A DNA stretch of 64,000 nt from Candidatus Latescibacterota bacterium (lineage in GTDB: Bacteria; Latescibacterota; UBA2968; UBA8231). Below are positions 46,924-59,010 of this stretch, piece after piece (the stretch's first letter is position 1; each line of letters opens with the position of its first letter). The stretch spans positions 544,001 to 608,000 of the forward strand of contig OZ241889.1 in assembly GCA_965203355.1 (NCBI GenBank), given 5' to 3'. The notes below the pieces were generated by a model. That model was not told where the DNA came from and did no database searches. It saw only the letters and a list, made by a program, of their open reading frames with translations. The position numbers were made by a program, and so were the translations under genes.

Positions 46924-47901
46924 ATGATCAAAATTGCCGAAGTCCTGCCCGATCATCCCACGCCGCTGTGGCGGATGGTCAAGCAATGCGGCGTTGACCA
47001 CGTGGTCGGCGGCTTTTCCACACCGGGCGACCCGGCCGACATCCACCCCGAGCAACGGCCCTGGAGCTTCACCAACCTCGTGCGGATGAAGACCGCGTTT
47101 AACGACGGCGGCTTCTCCCTCGACGTCATCGAGGCGCGCCCGCCGCTCAACAAAGCCAAGCTCGGCCTGGCGGATCGCGACGAAGAGATCGAATACGCCT
47201 GCGCGCTGATTCGCAACATGGGTCGGGTCGGCATCCCAGTCTGGTGCCCCGAGTGGATGCCCGTGCTCAACTGGACTCGCACCTCCATGGCGGCCCCCGG
47301 GCGCGGCGGTGCCCTGGTCACTGGCTTTGACAACGAGCTGATGAAAAACGCACCTCTGACCGACGCGGGCGTCGTCACCGAAGAGCAGCTTTGGGACAAC
47401 CTGAAGTACTTCCTCGAAAAGGTCGTGCCGGTCGCTGAGGAAGCTGGAGTCAAACTTGCCATGCACCCCGACGATCCGCCGCTGTCGCCCCTGCGCGGCA
47501 TGGGGCGGATCATGCGCAGCGTCGAAAACTACCAAAAGCTCATTGACCTAGTGCCTAGCCCGGCCAATGGCATTTGTCTGTGCCAAGGCAACTTCACCCT
47601 GATGACCGACGATTTGCCTGAAGTCATTCGCCACTTTGGCGACCGCATCTACTTCGTCCATTTCCGCGATGTGCGCGGCACGCCAAAAAAATTCGTCGAG
47701 ACCTTCCACGACGAAGGCAAGACCGACATGCGCGCCTGCATGGAAGCCTACCGCGACATCGGCTTTGAAGGCGTCCTGCGCCCCGACCACGTGCCGACGA
47801 TGGAGGGAGATCGCAACGACCAGCCGGGCTATTCGTCGATCGGGCGCTTGTTCGCTATCGGCTACATCAAGGGGCTGCGCGAAGCCGTGTACGCCGGTTA
47901 A
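46924..47901 (+). CDS. uxuA: Mannonate dehydratase family protein
   Basis: LWDNLKYFLEKVVPVAEE, MHPDDPP, VHFRDV, RPDHVP, FAIGYIKG. Confidence 0.88.
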   Translation: MIKIAEVLPDHPTPLWRMVKQCGVDHVVGGFSTPGDPADIHPEQRPWSFTNLVRMKTAFNDGGFSLDVIEARPPLNKAKLGLADRDEEIEYACALIRNMGRVGIPVWCPEWMPVLNWTRTSMAAPGRGGALVTGFDNELMKNAPLTDAGVVTEEQLWDNLKYFLEKVVPVAEEAGVKLAMHPDDPPLSPLRGMGRIMRSVENYQKLIDLVPSPANGICLCQGNFTLMTDDLPEVIRHFGDRIYFVHFRDVRGTPKKFVETFHDEGKTDMRACMEAYRDIGFEGVLRPDHVPTMEGDRNDQPGYSSIGRLFAIGYIKGLREAVYAG

Positions 47902-48168
47902 ACCGCGAACAAAACTTTCTGGGCGTTCCTCAAAATGCGATCCTGGCGCCCGTTCGGTGCAGGGCACCAACTCGGCCGCCAGCCCGTCCTCGTTGAGTCA
48001 GGCGATGAACCGCAGCTACCCGCCGCCTTCAGAAGTGAATGAGCACCAACAGGCGCGTTTTAGGCAGACGGGACGAACATGTATCAGACCGTGCCCAAGT
48101 GCCAATCATCGATCTGGACGCGCCCTGGGTCGTTGACGGCATGGCCGCACAACAGGAGGCCGCACCAC

Positions 48169-48999
48169 GTGAAACTCTACTACAGCACCTATGGCATGAA
48201 GCAACTCGACGTCTTCGAGGCCCTGCCGCGCCTCGCCGACATGGGCTACGAGGGCATGGAAATCGCCGTCACGCCCGGCTGGCCGACCGAGCCGGCCAAC
48301 ATGGATGCGGACGCGCGCAAAAGACTCGCCGACCTCTTCCGCCAACTCGGCTTCCCCACGCCAGCGCTAATGGCCCTGCTCTCGCCCTGCGTCGAAGGCG
48401 AGGGACGCGCCGCTGCACTGGCGCAATTCAGGGCGACCTTTGAACTGAGTCGCGCACTCCGGCTCGACGACCACCCAATGATCGTCAGCACCACCCTCGG
48501 CCATCCCAAACCCGCTTGGAAAACCGGCAAAGAGCGCATCGTCGAGCTGGTCCTCGAAGTGGGCGACATGGCCGCCGAATACGACGTCATCGTCGCCATC
48601 GAGCCTCATGCCGGCGACGACTTTGAGACGCCGGAAAAGGCCGCTTGGCTCATGCAGCAAACCAATCACCCGCATCTCGGCCTCAACTTCGACTACAGCC
48701 ACTTCTGGGTGGAGGGCATCGACTTGCAGCACTCGATTGACCTGAACCTCCAGTACTCAGTCCACAATCACATCAAGGACGGCTATCTCGACGAGGAAGG
48801 ACGGGTCCGCTATCTCCTGCCCGGCAGCGGCAAGCTGGACGTGAAGGCTTACTACAAGGCCGTGCAGGATGCCGGCTGGGACAAATACATCTGTCCAGAG
48901 GTCACCGGCCAGATATGGAACGCAAATGGGTACGACGCTTGGAGCACAGCGCAGTTTTGCTACGACGTGCTGGACGCGCCGCGCCGGGCATCGAACTAA
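48169..48999 (+). CDS. Sugar phosphate isomerase/epimerase (AP endonuclease 2 TIM barrel)
   Basis: GYEGME, AIEPH, NFDYSH, HIKD, PGSG, CPE; AGGAGG RBS. Confidence 0.85.
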   Translation: MKLYYSTYGMKQLDVFEALPRLADMGYEGMEIAVTPGWPTEPANMDADARKRLADLFRQLGFPTPALMALLSPCVEGEGRAAALAQFRATFELSRALRLDDHPMIVSTTLGHPKPAWKTGKERIVELVLEVGDMAAEYDVIVAIEPHAGDDFETPEKAAWLMQQTNHPHLGLNFDYSHFWVEGIDLQHSIDLNLQYSVHNHIKDGYLDEEGRVRYLLPGSGKLDVKAYYKAVQDAGWDKYICPEVTGQIWNANGYDAWSTAQFCYDVLDAPRRASN

Positions 49000-49059
49000 A
49001 GGCGGACAAAATCCAGGGCAATTCGACGGTGCTCTAAAGAGGCTCAACGAGCGTTTTAA

Positions 49060-49186
49060 GAAGCCTTTTGTTTTTTGCTCCCCCAAAAGCCTAGTAGTAA
49101 TGGAGCCTCGCCCTTGGAAAACGCCCGATCGAGGAACCGCTCGACCGCCCGTTGAAGTAGCCCGACGAGAATCTTAAAAAGGCTTC
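49060..49186. mobile_element. 127-bp MITE or internally deleted IS (IS5 family, IS1031-like ends)
   Basis: Terminal inverted repeats GAAGCCTTTT (49060-49069) and AAAAGGCTTC (49177-49186), flanked on both sides by TAA. Confidence 0.55.
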
Positions 49187-49247
49187 TAAGGACGTACCAC
49201 TACCCAATTAGCGTCGAATCCACCTTCAACCGCACAAGGAGAACGAC

Positions 49248-49726
49248 ATGAGCAGCGTCCACGACTTCACAGCCCAAACCATCCACGGCCAACGCGCCGA
49301 CCTAGCCGACTACGCTGGCAATGCGCTCCTCGTCGTCAATGTGGCCAGCGAGTGCGGCTTGACCCCGCAGTACGCCGACCTAGAGGCTCTACATCGCCAA
49401 TACGCCGCCAAGGGACTAGCAGTCCTCGGCTTTCCCTGCAACCAGTTCGGGGGGCAAGAGCCGGGCAACGAGGAGCAAATCCTCGACTTCTGCCAGGCCC
49501 GCTACGACGTGAGTTTCCCGCTCTTCGGCAAAATCGAGGTCAACGGCCCCAACCGTCATCCGCTCTACGCCTATCTCGCTGGCGAGGATGCGGCCTTCCC
49601 CGGCGACATCTCTTGGAACTTCGAGAAATTCCTCATCGACAAAGGCGGGCAACCGCTGGCCCGCTTCGCGCCCCGAACCACCCCGAATCACCCGACAGTA
49701 GTCGCCGCCATTGAAGAGGCACTCTC

Positions 49727-49730
<4 letters not shown>
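49248..49730 (+). CDS. Glutathione peroxidase (Cys-type)
   Basis: VNVASECGLTPQY, GFPCNQFGGQEPG, WNFEKFL. Confidence 0.95.
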
Positions 49731-52116
<2,386 letters not shown>

Positions 52117-52203
52117 TCATTTCCCGATGGCCATCGGGTGCCCCTTGCCAGCCCGTAAGAGCTTGACATAATGTATGCTGATATGGAAGATAACTACGGT
52201 TGG

Positions 52204-52276
52204 GCCTAATAATCTCAACGAGCAGCGGATACGTTGCTCGCTGCGCTCCTGATTGCCCAGCGGCGCGGCGTTGAAC
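52204..52276 (+). repeat. Degenerate attC-like site
   Basis: GCCTAAT(AA)...GCAGCGGA...CTCGCTGCGCTC...GTTGAAC, followed 15 bp later by an ATG. Confidence 0.35.
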
Positions 52277-52291
52277 GAACGGGAACACGAC

Positions 52292-52435
52292 ATGGCCAAG
52301 ACAGTGATTCTCGATACAAATGTGCTCTACGATGTAGGATCGACATTGCGAGGGCCGCAGGGTTCGCCCGGAGAATACGCCAGCCCGGATGCGAACTCAG
52401 TGAAGCCGCGCCAGCTAAAGACCGGAATTGTGTAA
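52292..52435 (+). pseudogene. PIN-domain 5' remnant
   Basis: MAKTVILDTNVL, after which the similarity is lost. Confidence 0.45.
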
Positions 52436-52461
52436 AGGAGGAGGCCGCAAAGTATCGCAAG

Positions 52462-52689
52462 ATGGACCTTGAAGACTACATTGATATCCGACCCGGTGTT
52501 CGCAGCGGCAAGCCTTGTTTCAAAGGTACCCGAATTACCGTCTACGACGTGCTGGAATACTTAGCGGGAGGGATGACTGAAGTTGAGCTTTTAGCCGATT
52601 TTCCGACTCTGACGCCGCAGCACATCCTCGCTGCACGAGAGTTTGACGCTGTCCATAATATCCGGCTTGCGTCCGGTTCCATGGCGTGA
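52462..52689 (+). CDS. DUF433 antitoxin (VapB45-like)
   Basis: RSGKPCFKGTRITVYDVLEYLAGGMT..ELLADFP.L. Confidence 0.9.
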   Translation: MDLEDYIDIRPGVRSGKPCFKGTRITVYDVLEYLAGGMTEVELLADFPTLTPQHILAAREFDAVHNIRLASGSMA

Positions 52690-53030
52690 AACTTCTCCTC
52701 GACGAGAACCTTAGCCATCGGCTCGTTGCACGACTTGAGGGAGCTTTTCCCGGTACCATCAGTGTCGATTGTATTGGGCTTCGCAGCCAGCCTGATACAG
52801 CCATCTGGGATTATCCAGCCGCACAGGGTTTTGCAATTGCGTCGAAGGATGAAGACCTCCGTCAACTCAGTTTCTGTCGAGGCCATCCGCCAAAAGTAAT
52901 ATGGCTTGCCGTGGGAAACGCCGGGACCGACCAAATCGCGGACTTGTTGCTGCGAAATAAAAATCGAATCATTGCGTTTCTCGACCAGAATGAAAACTCC
53001 CTTCTCACCTTAGACTTGATTGCGAGATAG
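52686..53030 (+). CDS. DUF5615 PIN-like toxin (VapC45-like)
   Basis: MKLLLDENLS, D..IW, SKDEDL, GHPPKVIWL..GN. Confidence 0.88.
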   Translation: MKLLLDENLSHRLVARLEGAFPGTISVDCIGLRSQPDTAIWDYPAAQGFAIASKDEDLRQLSFCRGHPPKVIWLAVGNAGTDQIADLLLRNKNRIIAFLDQNENSLLTLDLIAR

Positions 53031-53103
53031 TTTAGCGGTCATGCTTATCTCCAATGTTCCCCTTCAGCGCATGAGGACGAGAGCGGTAGTTAAGGAGAAT
53101 CCA

Positions 53104-56100
53104 GTGAACCGAAAAACCATCTTTTCAACGTATTTGAAAAATCTCGCTTCCGTGGCCCGACAAGGCGACGCGCGGGAGGAGAGCTTCTACCCGGCACTGG
53201 CAAAGATGCTGGAGGAAATAGCCTGTGAAGGCGTACACGTCACCACGCTTCCTCGACCCACCGAGGGCAGCAACCCAGATTTCCGTCTCTGGAACGGGAC
53301 GGATCGGATAATCGGCTATGTCGAGGCGAAGAAGCCGACCGAAGAGCGGCTGGATATTATCGAAAAATCCGAACAACTCAAACGCTACCGCGCTACGTTT
53401 CCGAATCTCATTCTCACCAACTTTCTTGAGTTCCGCTTGTACCGGAACGGCACTCCTATCCAGACGGTACAGGCAGGGCGGCCCTTGATACTCAACCAAA
53501 TTCGCACCACACCCCCGCTCGAAAACCAAGATGACCTCTACGCTTTGCTCGACCGCTTCTTGGACTTTGCGCTGCCCCAGACCTTTACCGCTGAATCTCT
53601 CGCTGTCGAACTGGCCAAGCGCACGCGCCTTCTCCGCGATGTGATCGGCGAACAGTTCCAACAGGAACGAAAAAGTCCCGGCCAGCTCTCCGGCTTCTTT
53701 GAGGCGTTCCAGACCTACCTTATCGGCTCGCTGACGCCTGCGGATTTCGCCGATCTGTTCGCGCAAACCATTACCTACGGTTTGTTCGCCGCCCGCACCC
53801 GGGCCGACAATGGCTTCAACCGGCGCGCTGCGTTCGACAATATCCCACATACCATCGGCGTCCTCCGCGATTTGTTTCGCTTCATTTCGCTCGACGAATT
53901 GCCCGATCCGCTCGCTTGGTGCGTAGATGACCTCGCCGAAGTCTTGGCCGTGGCCGACGCGCCCGGCATTCTGGATCGCTACTACCACGAAGGCAAAGGC
54001 AGCGACCCAATCGTGCATTTCTACGAGACTTTCCTAGCGCAATATGACCCCGAAGAGCGCGAGCGACGGGGAGTGTATTACACGCCCGAACCAGTAGTTG
54101 GCTACATCGTGCGTTCCCTGCACGGACTGCTCAAGACGGAATTCGACAAGCGCGACGGTCTCGCCTCTGATGGTGTGACGTTACTCGATCCCGCAGCGGG
54201 GACCATGACTTTTGTCGCTCGCGCCGCCCAAGAAGCTGTCGCCGAGTTTGAGGCCAATTATGGCAGCGGCGGAAAAGAGGATTTTATCCGTCGGCATATT
54301 CTCAGAAACTTCTATGCCCTTGAGTTGATGATGGCACCCTACGCGGTCGGCCATCTCAAGATGAGCTTTTTTCTAGAAGAACTCGGCCACCGTCTCGCCG
54401 ATGACGAGCGCGTTCCCTTCTATCTCACCAATACGCTCGACACCGAAAAATTGGAACAGAGCCGTTTGCCCGGCCTCTCCGCCCTAGCCGAGGAATCCCG
54501 CTTGGCCGACGAGGTCAAGAATCAGACCCCAATTCTGCTCATCTTGGGCAACCCGCCCTATTCGGGCCACTCGAGCAATATGGGTGAGTGGATACGGGGA
54601 TTGATCGACGATTATAAGCAAGTGGACGGCAAGCCACTGGATGAGAAAAACCCGAAGTGGCTCCAAGACGATTACGTCAAGTTTCTCCGTTTTGCCCAGT
54701 GGAAAATCGATCAAGCGGGACGCGGCATCGTGGGGATGATCACCAACCACAGTTACCTCGACAACCCCACCTTTCGCGGGATGCGCCAGAGCCTGATGCG
54801 TACCTTCGATGATATTTACATTTTCGACCTGCACGGCAATGCGTTGAAAAAAGAAACCGGCCCCGGTGGGAGTCTGGACCAGAACGTCTTCGACATTCGG
54901 CAGGGCGTGGCTATTGCTTTTTTCGTCAAACGTGATACTAAGAAAAAGTGCGATGCTGAGGTTCATCACGCCGAACTATACGGAATCCGTGAGAGCAAGT
55001 ACGACTGGCTGGACGCCCATGACCGGGGTAGCACTGAGTGGCAAAAGATAAAGCCGACCTTACCGTTCTATATATTTGCGCCGCGTGATGATGCGCTCGA
55101 AGCCAAATATCTCCGCTTCACTTCCATTCCTGATGTATTCCCGGTCAACAGCGTCGGCATCGTCACCGCACGCGACCGCCTGACGATTCGCTGGTCAGAG
55201 CAAGAGGCGTGGGATACGGTCCGCACTTTTTTAAAGATGGAGCCAGAACTGGCTCGGCAGGGATACAAACTCGGCAAAGATGCGCCAGATTGGAAAGTGA
55301 AGATGGCTCAGGAGGATTTGCTGGCTTCCGGCCCTACCCGAGAGAAAGTGGTTCCGATTTTGTACCGGCCCTTTGATATGCGCCATACTTATTATACTGG
55401 CCGATCACGCGGTTTCATTTGTAGGCCCCGCTCCGAAGTTATGCAGAATATGCTGGCCGGGGAGAATCTGGCGCTGTGTATTGGACGCCAAGGGCATGTT
55501 GTCGGTGCGGGTGAATGGAATCTGATATATTGCTCACAGAGGATGGCGGACCTCAACCTGTTCTATCGCGGCGGAAACGTGAACTTCCCTCTCTACCTCT
55601 ATCCTGTCGCCGACCTCGACGACCTCTTTGCTCACCACGAGGCGTCCGAACGACAACCGAATCTGAACCCCAAGTTAGTTGCGGCCCTAACAAAAGCACA
55701 CGACCGAGCGCCCGCGCCCGAAGACATTTTCTACTATATCTACGCCATTCTGTATGCTCCATCCTACCGTGAGAAATACGCTGAGTTTCTACGGACCGAT
55801 TTCCCGCGTGTTCCGTTCACAAAGGACCGGAAACTATTTACAGAACTCGCCGCTTTTGGTAAACGACTAGCTGAACTGCATCTTCTCAAATCACTGGAAC
55901 TCGACCCACCGACTTGTCGCTTCGAGGGCCAAGGCGATTCGGTCGTCGCAAGGACGAAGGCGCAGGGCTTTCGTTATGATGACGAGGAACAGCGTATGTA
56001 TGTCAACAAGACGCAGTATTTCGGTCCTGTTTCCCCAGCGGTTTATAAATATCATATCGGCGGCTACCAAGTCTGCGACAAGTGGTTAAAAGATCGCAAA

Positions 56101-56244
56101 GACCGCTGTCTCGACCTCGACGGTATCCGCACCTACTGTAGGCTTGTGACGGCCATCGGGCTGACACTTGAGGTTCAGCAAGAGCTCGACCTGGTGTATG
56201 CTGATACCGAGCATGATCTGGTGCTGATTTCGGCACCGAAATGA
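53104..56244 (+). CDS. Fused restriction-modification enzyme (type IIG/ISP-like: nuclease + N6-adenine MTase + ISP-type specificity domain, no helicase)
   Basis: NPDF...YVEAKK; GVYYTP, LLDPAAGT, GNPPY, DDYVKF; ILYRPFD, IFYYIYAIL, DFPRVP, IGGYQV..KWLKDR. Confidence 0.88.
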   Translation: MNRKTIFSTYLKNLASVARQGDAREESFYPALAKMLEEIACEGVHVTTLPRPTEGSNPDFRLWNGTDRIIGYVEAKKPTEERLDIIEKSEQLKRYRATFPNLILTNFLEFRLYRNGTPIQTVQAGRPLILNQIRTTPPLENQDDLYALLDRFLDFALPQTFTAESLAVELAKRTRLLRDVIGEQFQQERKSPGQLSGFFEAFQTYLIGSLTPADFADLFAQTITYGLFAARTRADNGFNRRAAFDNIPHTIGVLRDLFRFISLDELPDPLAWCVDDLAEVLAVADAPGILDRYYHEGKGSDPIVHFYETFLAQYDPEERERRGVYYTPEPVVGYIVRSLHGLLKTEFDKRDGLASDGVTLLDPAAGTMTFVARAAQEAVAEFEANYGSGGKEDFIRRHILRNFYALELMMAPYAVGHLKMSFFLEELGHRLADDERVPFYLTNTLDTEKLEQSRLPGLSALAEESRLADEVKNQTPILLILGNPPYSGHSSNMGEWIRGLIDDYKQVDGKPLDEKNPKWLQDDYVKFLRFAQWKIDQAGRGIVGMITNHSYLDNPTFRGMRQSLMRTFDDIYIFDLHGNALKKETGPGGSLDQNVFDIRQGVAIAFFVKRDTKKKCDAEVHHAELYGIRESKYDWLDAHDRGSTEWQKIKPTLPFYIFAPRDDALEAKYLRFTSIPDVFPVNSVGIVTARDRLTIRWSEQEAWDTVRTFLKMEPELARQGYKLGKDAPDWKVKMAQEDLLASGPTREKVVPILYRPFDMRHTYYTGRSRGFICRPRSEVMQNMLAGENLALCIGRQGHVVGAGEWNLIYCSQRMADLNLFYRGGNVNFPLYLYPVADLDDLFAHHEASERQPNLNPKLVAALTKAHDRAPAPEDIFYYIYAILYAPSYREKYAEFLRTDFPRVPFTKDRKLFTELAAFGKRLAELHLLKSLELDPPTCRFEGQGDSVVARTKAQGFRYDDEEQRMYVNKTQYFGPVSPAVYKYHIGGYQVCDKWLKDRKDRCLDLDGIRTYCRLVTAIGLTLEVQQELDLVYADTEHDLVLISAPK

Positions 56245-56248
56245 ATCA

Positions 56249-57142
56249 ATGAGGAAAACAACCCGCTACCGCGACCGCCAAACCGGGGCCATCATCGTCG
56301 AACACGTTCCGGGGCAGTCGCTTCTCCACTGGTTCTACGGCACGAGCACGGGGCACCTTGTTTTTCGCGCCGTCTTCAATCGGCCTCTTTGCTCCCGCTT
56401 CTATGGCTGGTGGCAGCAAAGCACTTGGACGCGGCGTCAGATCCGCCCTTTTGTCGAGCGCTATCGCATTGATCTCGGCGAAATCGAACACCCTCTCAGC
56501 CACTATTCCAGCTTCAACGACTTCTTTATTCGCCGCCTCAAACCCGGGGCCAGGCCCTGCGACCCCGCGCCCGAGCGCCTCTGTTGCCCGGCCGACGGCA
56601 AGGTCCTCGTCTATCCGCAGCGCACAGCCGAGGATGTGTTGCCGGTCAAAAGCGACCACCTCGCGGCTCGCGAGCTCCTAGCCGCAACAATCGACCCCAC
56701 TCCATATCACGGCGGTGCCGCCCTCGTCGTGCGCCTCGCCCCCTACGACTATCACCGCTTCCACTTCCCAGCCGACGGCCAAGTAGGGCCAACCCAGTGG
56801 ATCGACGGCACCTATCACTCGGTCAACCCCATCGCCCGCGCCCGCGTACCCGACGTTTTCCACCGCAACCGGCGCTCCGTCTGCGAGCTGACGACGCCCA
56901 CCTTCGGCAGGATAGCCTATATCGAGGTCGGGGCAATCAACGTCGCCAGCATCGTCCAGACGCACTCAATAGGACCTTGCGAGCGCGGCCAAGAAAAGGG
57001 CTTTTTCCAATTCGGCGGATCGACCGTCGTGTTGCTTTTCGAGCCGGGGGCGATTGCCTTTGACAGCGACCTAGTCGCCGACTCTGCGGCCGGCCTAGAG
57101 GTACACGTCTCGACCGGAGCCGGCGTCGGCAGCCGCGCTTGA
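56249..57142 (+). CDS. psd: Phosphatidylserine decarboxylase proenzyme
   Basis: SFNDFFIRRLK, PADG, RLAPYDYHRFH, FGGST cleavage site. Confidence 0.92.
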   Translation: MRKTTRYRDRQTGAIIVEHVPGQSLLHWFYGTSTGHLVFRAVFNRPLCSRFYGWWQQSTWTRRQIRPFVERYRIDLGEIEHPLSHYSSFNDFFIRRLKPGARPCDPAPERLCCPADGKVLVYPQRTAEDVLPVKSDHLAARELLAATIDPTPYHGGAALVVRLAPYDYHRFHFPADGQVGPTQWIDGTYHSVNPIARARVPDVFHRNRRSVCELTTPTFGRIAYIEVGAINVASIVQTHSIGPCERGQEKGFFQFGGSTVVLLFEPGAIAFDSDLVADSAAGLEVHVSTGAGVGSRA

Positions 57143-57204
57143 CCCGCTCCGGCGGCTTCGGCAAATTTTCCGCTCGGCCAACCCCTTACCTTTGGAGGCT
57201 ACTC

Positions 57205-58191
57205 ATGTCCCGGCAAATGCGCGTAGGTCTGGGCCAGTTCAACGAACTCACCGACGAAAAGCTCGCCTTTATCAAGCAGATGGGCTGCGACGACTTTTTG
57301 ATGAATACCCCTAAACTCCCCGGCGACAAGCAATGGGAATACGAGGACTTGGCCGCCCTCAAAAAGCGGGCCGACGACGCCGAACTGCGGCTGATGGCAC
57401 TGGAAAATGTGCCCATCTCGTTTTACGACGAGATCATGCTCGGCCAAAATGGCCGCGAAGAACAGCTTCAGCACATGATCAACACCGTGCGCAACATGGG
57501 CCAGGCCGGCATCCCGATCCTAGGCTATCACTGGATGCCCAACAGCGTCTGGCGCACGCCTGAGCCGGCGACCTTGCGCGGCGGCGCCCGCGCCACTCGC
57601 TTTGCCCTCGCCGAGCACGACCCCGAAGAGCAGACCCACGGCCGCGTCTTCACCCACGAGGAGATGTGGGAAAACTACTGCTGGTATTTGGAGCGCATCC
57701 TGCCCGTAGCCGAGGAAGCTAACGTGCGCCTGGCCCTGCACCCAGACGATCCGCCCACCGGCACAACCCTCGGTGGCATAGCGCGAATTTGCAGTTCGTT
57801 CGACGACTTTAAGCGCAACATGGACACCTTCGACAGCCCGCATCACGGCCTCGACTTCTGCATGGGGTGCTGGTCGGAGATGGGGGGCCACGCCAGCGTC
57901 ATCCGCGCCGTCCGCCACTTTGGCGGGCAAAAGAAAATCATTTACATCCACTTCCGCGATGTCATCGGGCCGGTGGAGGATTTCCACGAGACCTTCATCG
58001 ACTGCGGCCAAGTCGATACCTTCGAGGTCGTCAAGACGCTTAAGGCGGTTGGTTTCGACGGCTTTATGATCACCGACCACGTGCCTCATATTGTCGATGA
58101 CTCGCCTTGGGGGCACCGGGGACGCGCTCATTGCGTGGGCTTTATGCAGGCCCTCATCCAAGTGGTCGACAAGCTCGGCGCACAACCTTGA
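57205..58191 (+). CDS. uxuA: Mannonate dehydratase family protein (second paralog)
   Basis: MWENY..YLERILPVAEE, LHPDDPP, IHFRDV, TDHVP; GGAGG RBS. Confidence 0.82.
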   Translation: MSRQMRVGLGQFNELTDEKLAFIKQMGCDDFLMNTPKLPGDKQWEYEDLAALKKRADDAELRLMALENVPISFYDEIMLGQNGREEQLQHMINTVRNMGQAGIPILGYHWMPNSVWRTPEPATLRGGARATRFALAEHDPEEQTHGRVFTHEEMWENYCWYLERILPVAEEANVRLALHPDDPPTGTTLGGIARICSSFDDFKRNMDTFDSPHHGLDFCMGCWSEMGGHASVIRAVRHFGGQKKIIYIHFRDVIGPVEDFHETFIDCGQVDTFEVVKTLKAVGFDGFMITDHVPHIVDDSPWGHRGRAHCVGFMQALIQVVDKLGAQP

Positions 58192-59009
58192 GCCATATAG
58201 TCCACCAGCCCATCGGCCGGCCGAGCACAAGTCTCCTTCTTACACTCCTGCTGGCCATCTCGGCGCTAGCCCAAGACGAGCGTCCCCCTATATCAATCCC
58301 CCAACCCGAACGCCAGCTTGCAACGCCGGCATCGGGCCGCCCCTTGACCATAGTTCAAGTGAGCTACGACAACGCGATCAAGGAGCGCGACTACCTTTCG
58401 CTGGCCGTGCGAGAATTGGTGACGTATACCCACATGTCAACCCAACTCAAAGTGCCGTTGCACTCGCGCACCCTCGCGCTCGACGACCCGCGCATCGCAG
58501 ACGCACTGATGCTCTACATGACCGGCTTCGACTGCGTCGTGCAGATGAGCGACTCCGAAAAGAAAAACCTCGCCCACTACCTGCACAGCGGCGGCCTGCT
58601 TTTCGCCGAGGATATCTTGCCTTTGGCGGCGAATTTGCGCGGGGAGGCTGGCGTAGCCGGCACCCCCTTCGACCGGCAGTTCAAGGCCCTGCTCAAAGAT
58701 CCGCAAGTCCTCGGCAACGACGGAGCGCGCTGGCGCAAGTTACCCAAGAGCGACCCCCTGTATTCGGTCTATTTCGACTTCCCCGATGGGCCACCCCTAA
58801 GCGGCACAAACCGAGGCAATGTCTCCGCCTTGGAAGCCATAGAGCTCAAGGGCCGGACCGCCGTTATTTTTAGCGACCTCAACATTAGCTGGTTCTGGGG
58901 CAACCTCGACGCCGAAGGTCGCAACCGCAGCTTGCAGTTCGGCACCAACCTCTTGATCTACGCGCTAGCGCAAAAATACGCCGGCCGCTCCCTGCCTGTC
59001 GGGCGCTGA
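58188..59009 (+). CDS. DUF4159-domain exported protein
   Basis: Signal-peptide-like LLLTLLLAISALA; MLYMTG, LAHYLHSGGLLFAED, FGTNLLIYAL. Confidence 0.7.
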   Translation: MSHIVHQPIGRPSTSLLLTLLLAISALAQDERPPISIPQPERQLATPASGRPLTIVQVSYDNAIKERDYLSLAVRELVTYTHMSTQLKVPLHSRTLALDDPRIADALMLYMTGFDCVVQMSDSEKKNLAHYLHSGGLLFAEDILPLAANLRGEAGVAGTPFDRQFKALLKDPQVLGNDGARWRKLPKSDPLYSVYFDFPDGPPLSGTNRGNVSALEAIELKGRTAVIFSDLNISWFWGNLDAEGRNRSLQFGTNLLIYALAQKYAGRSLPVGR

Positions 59010-59010
59010 G

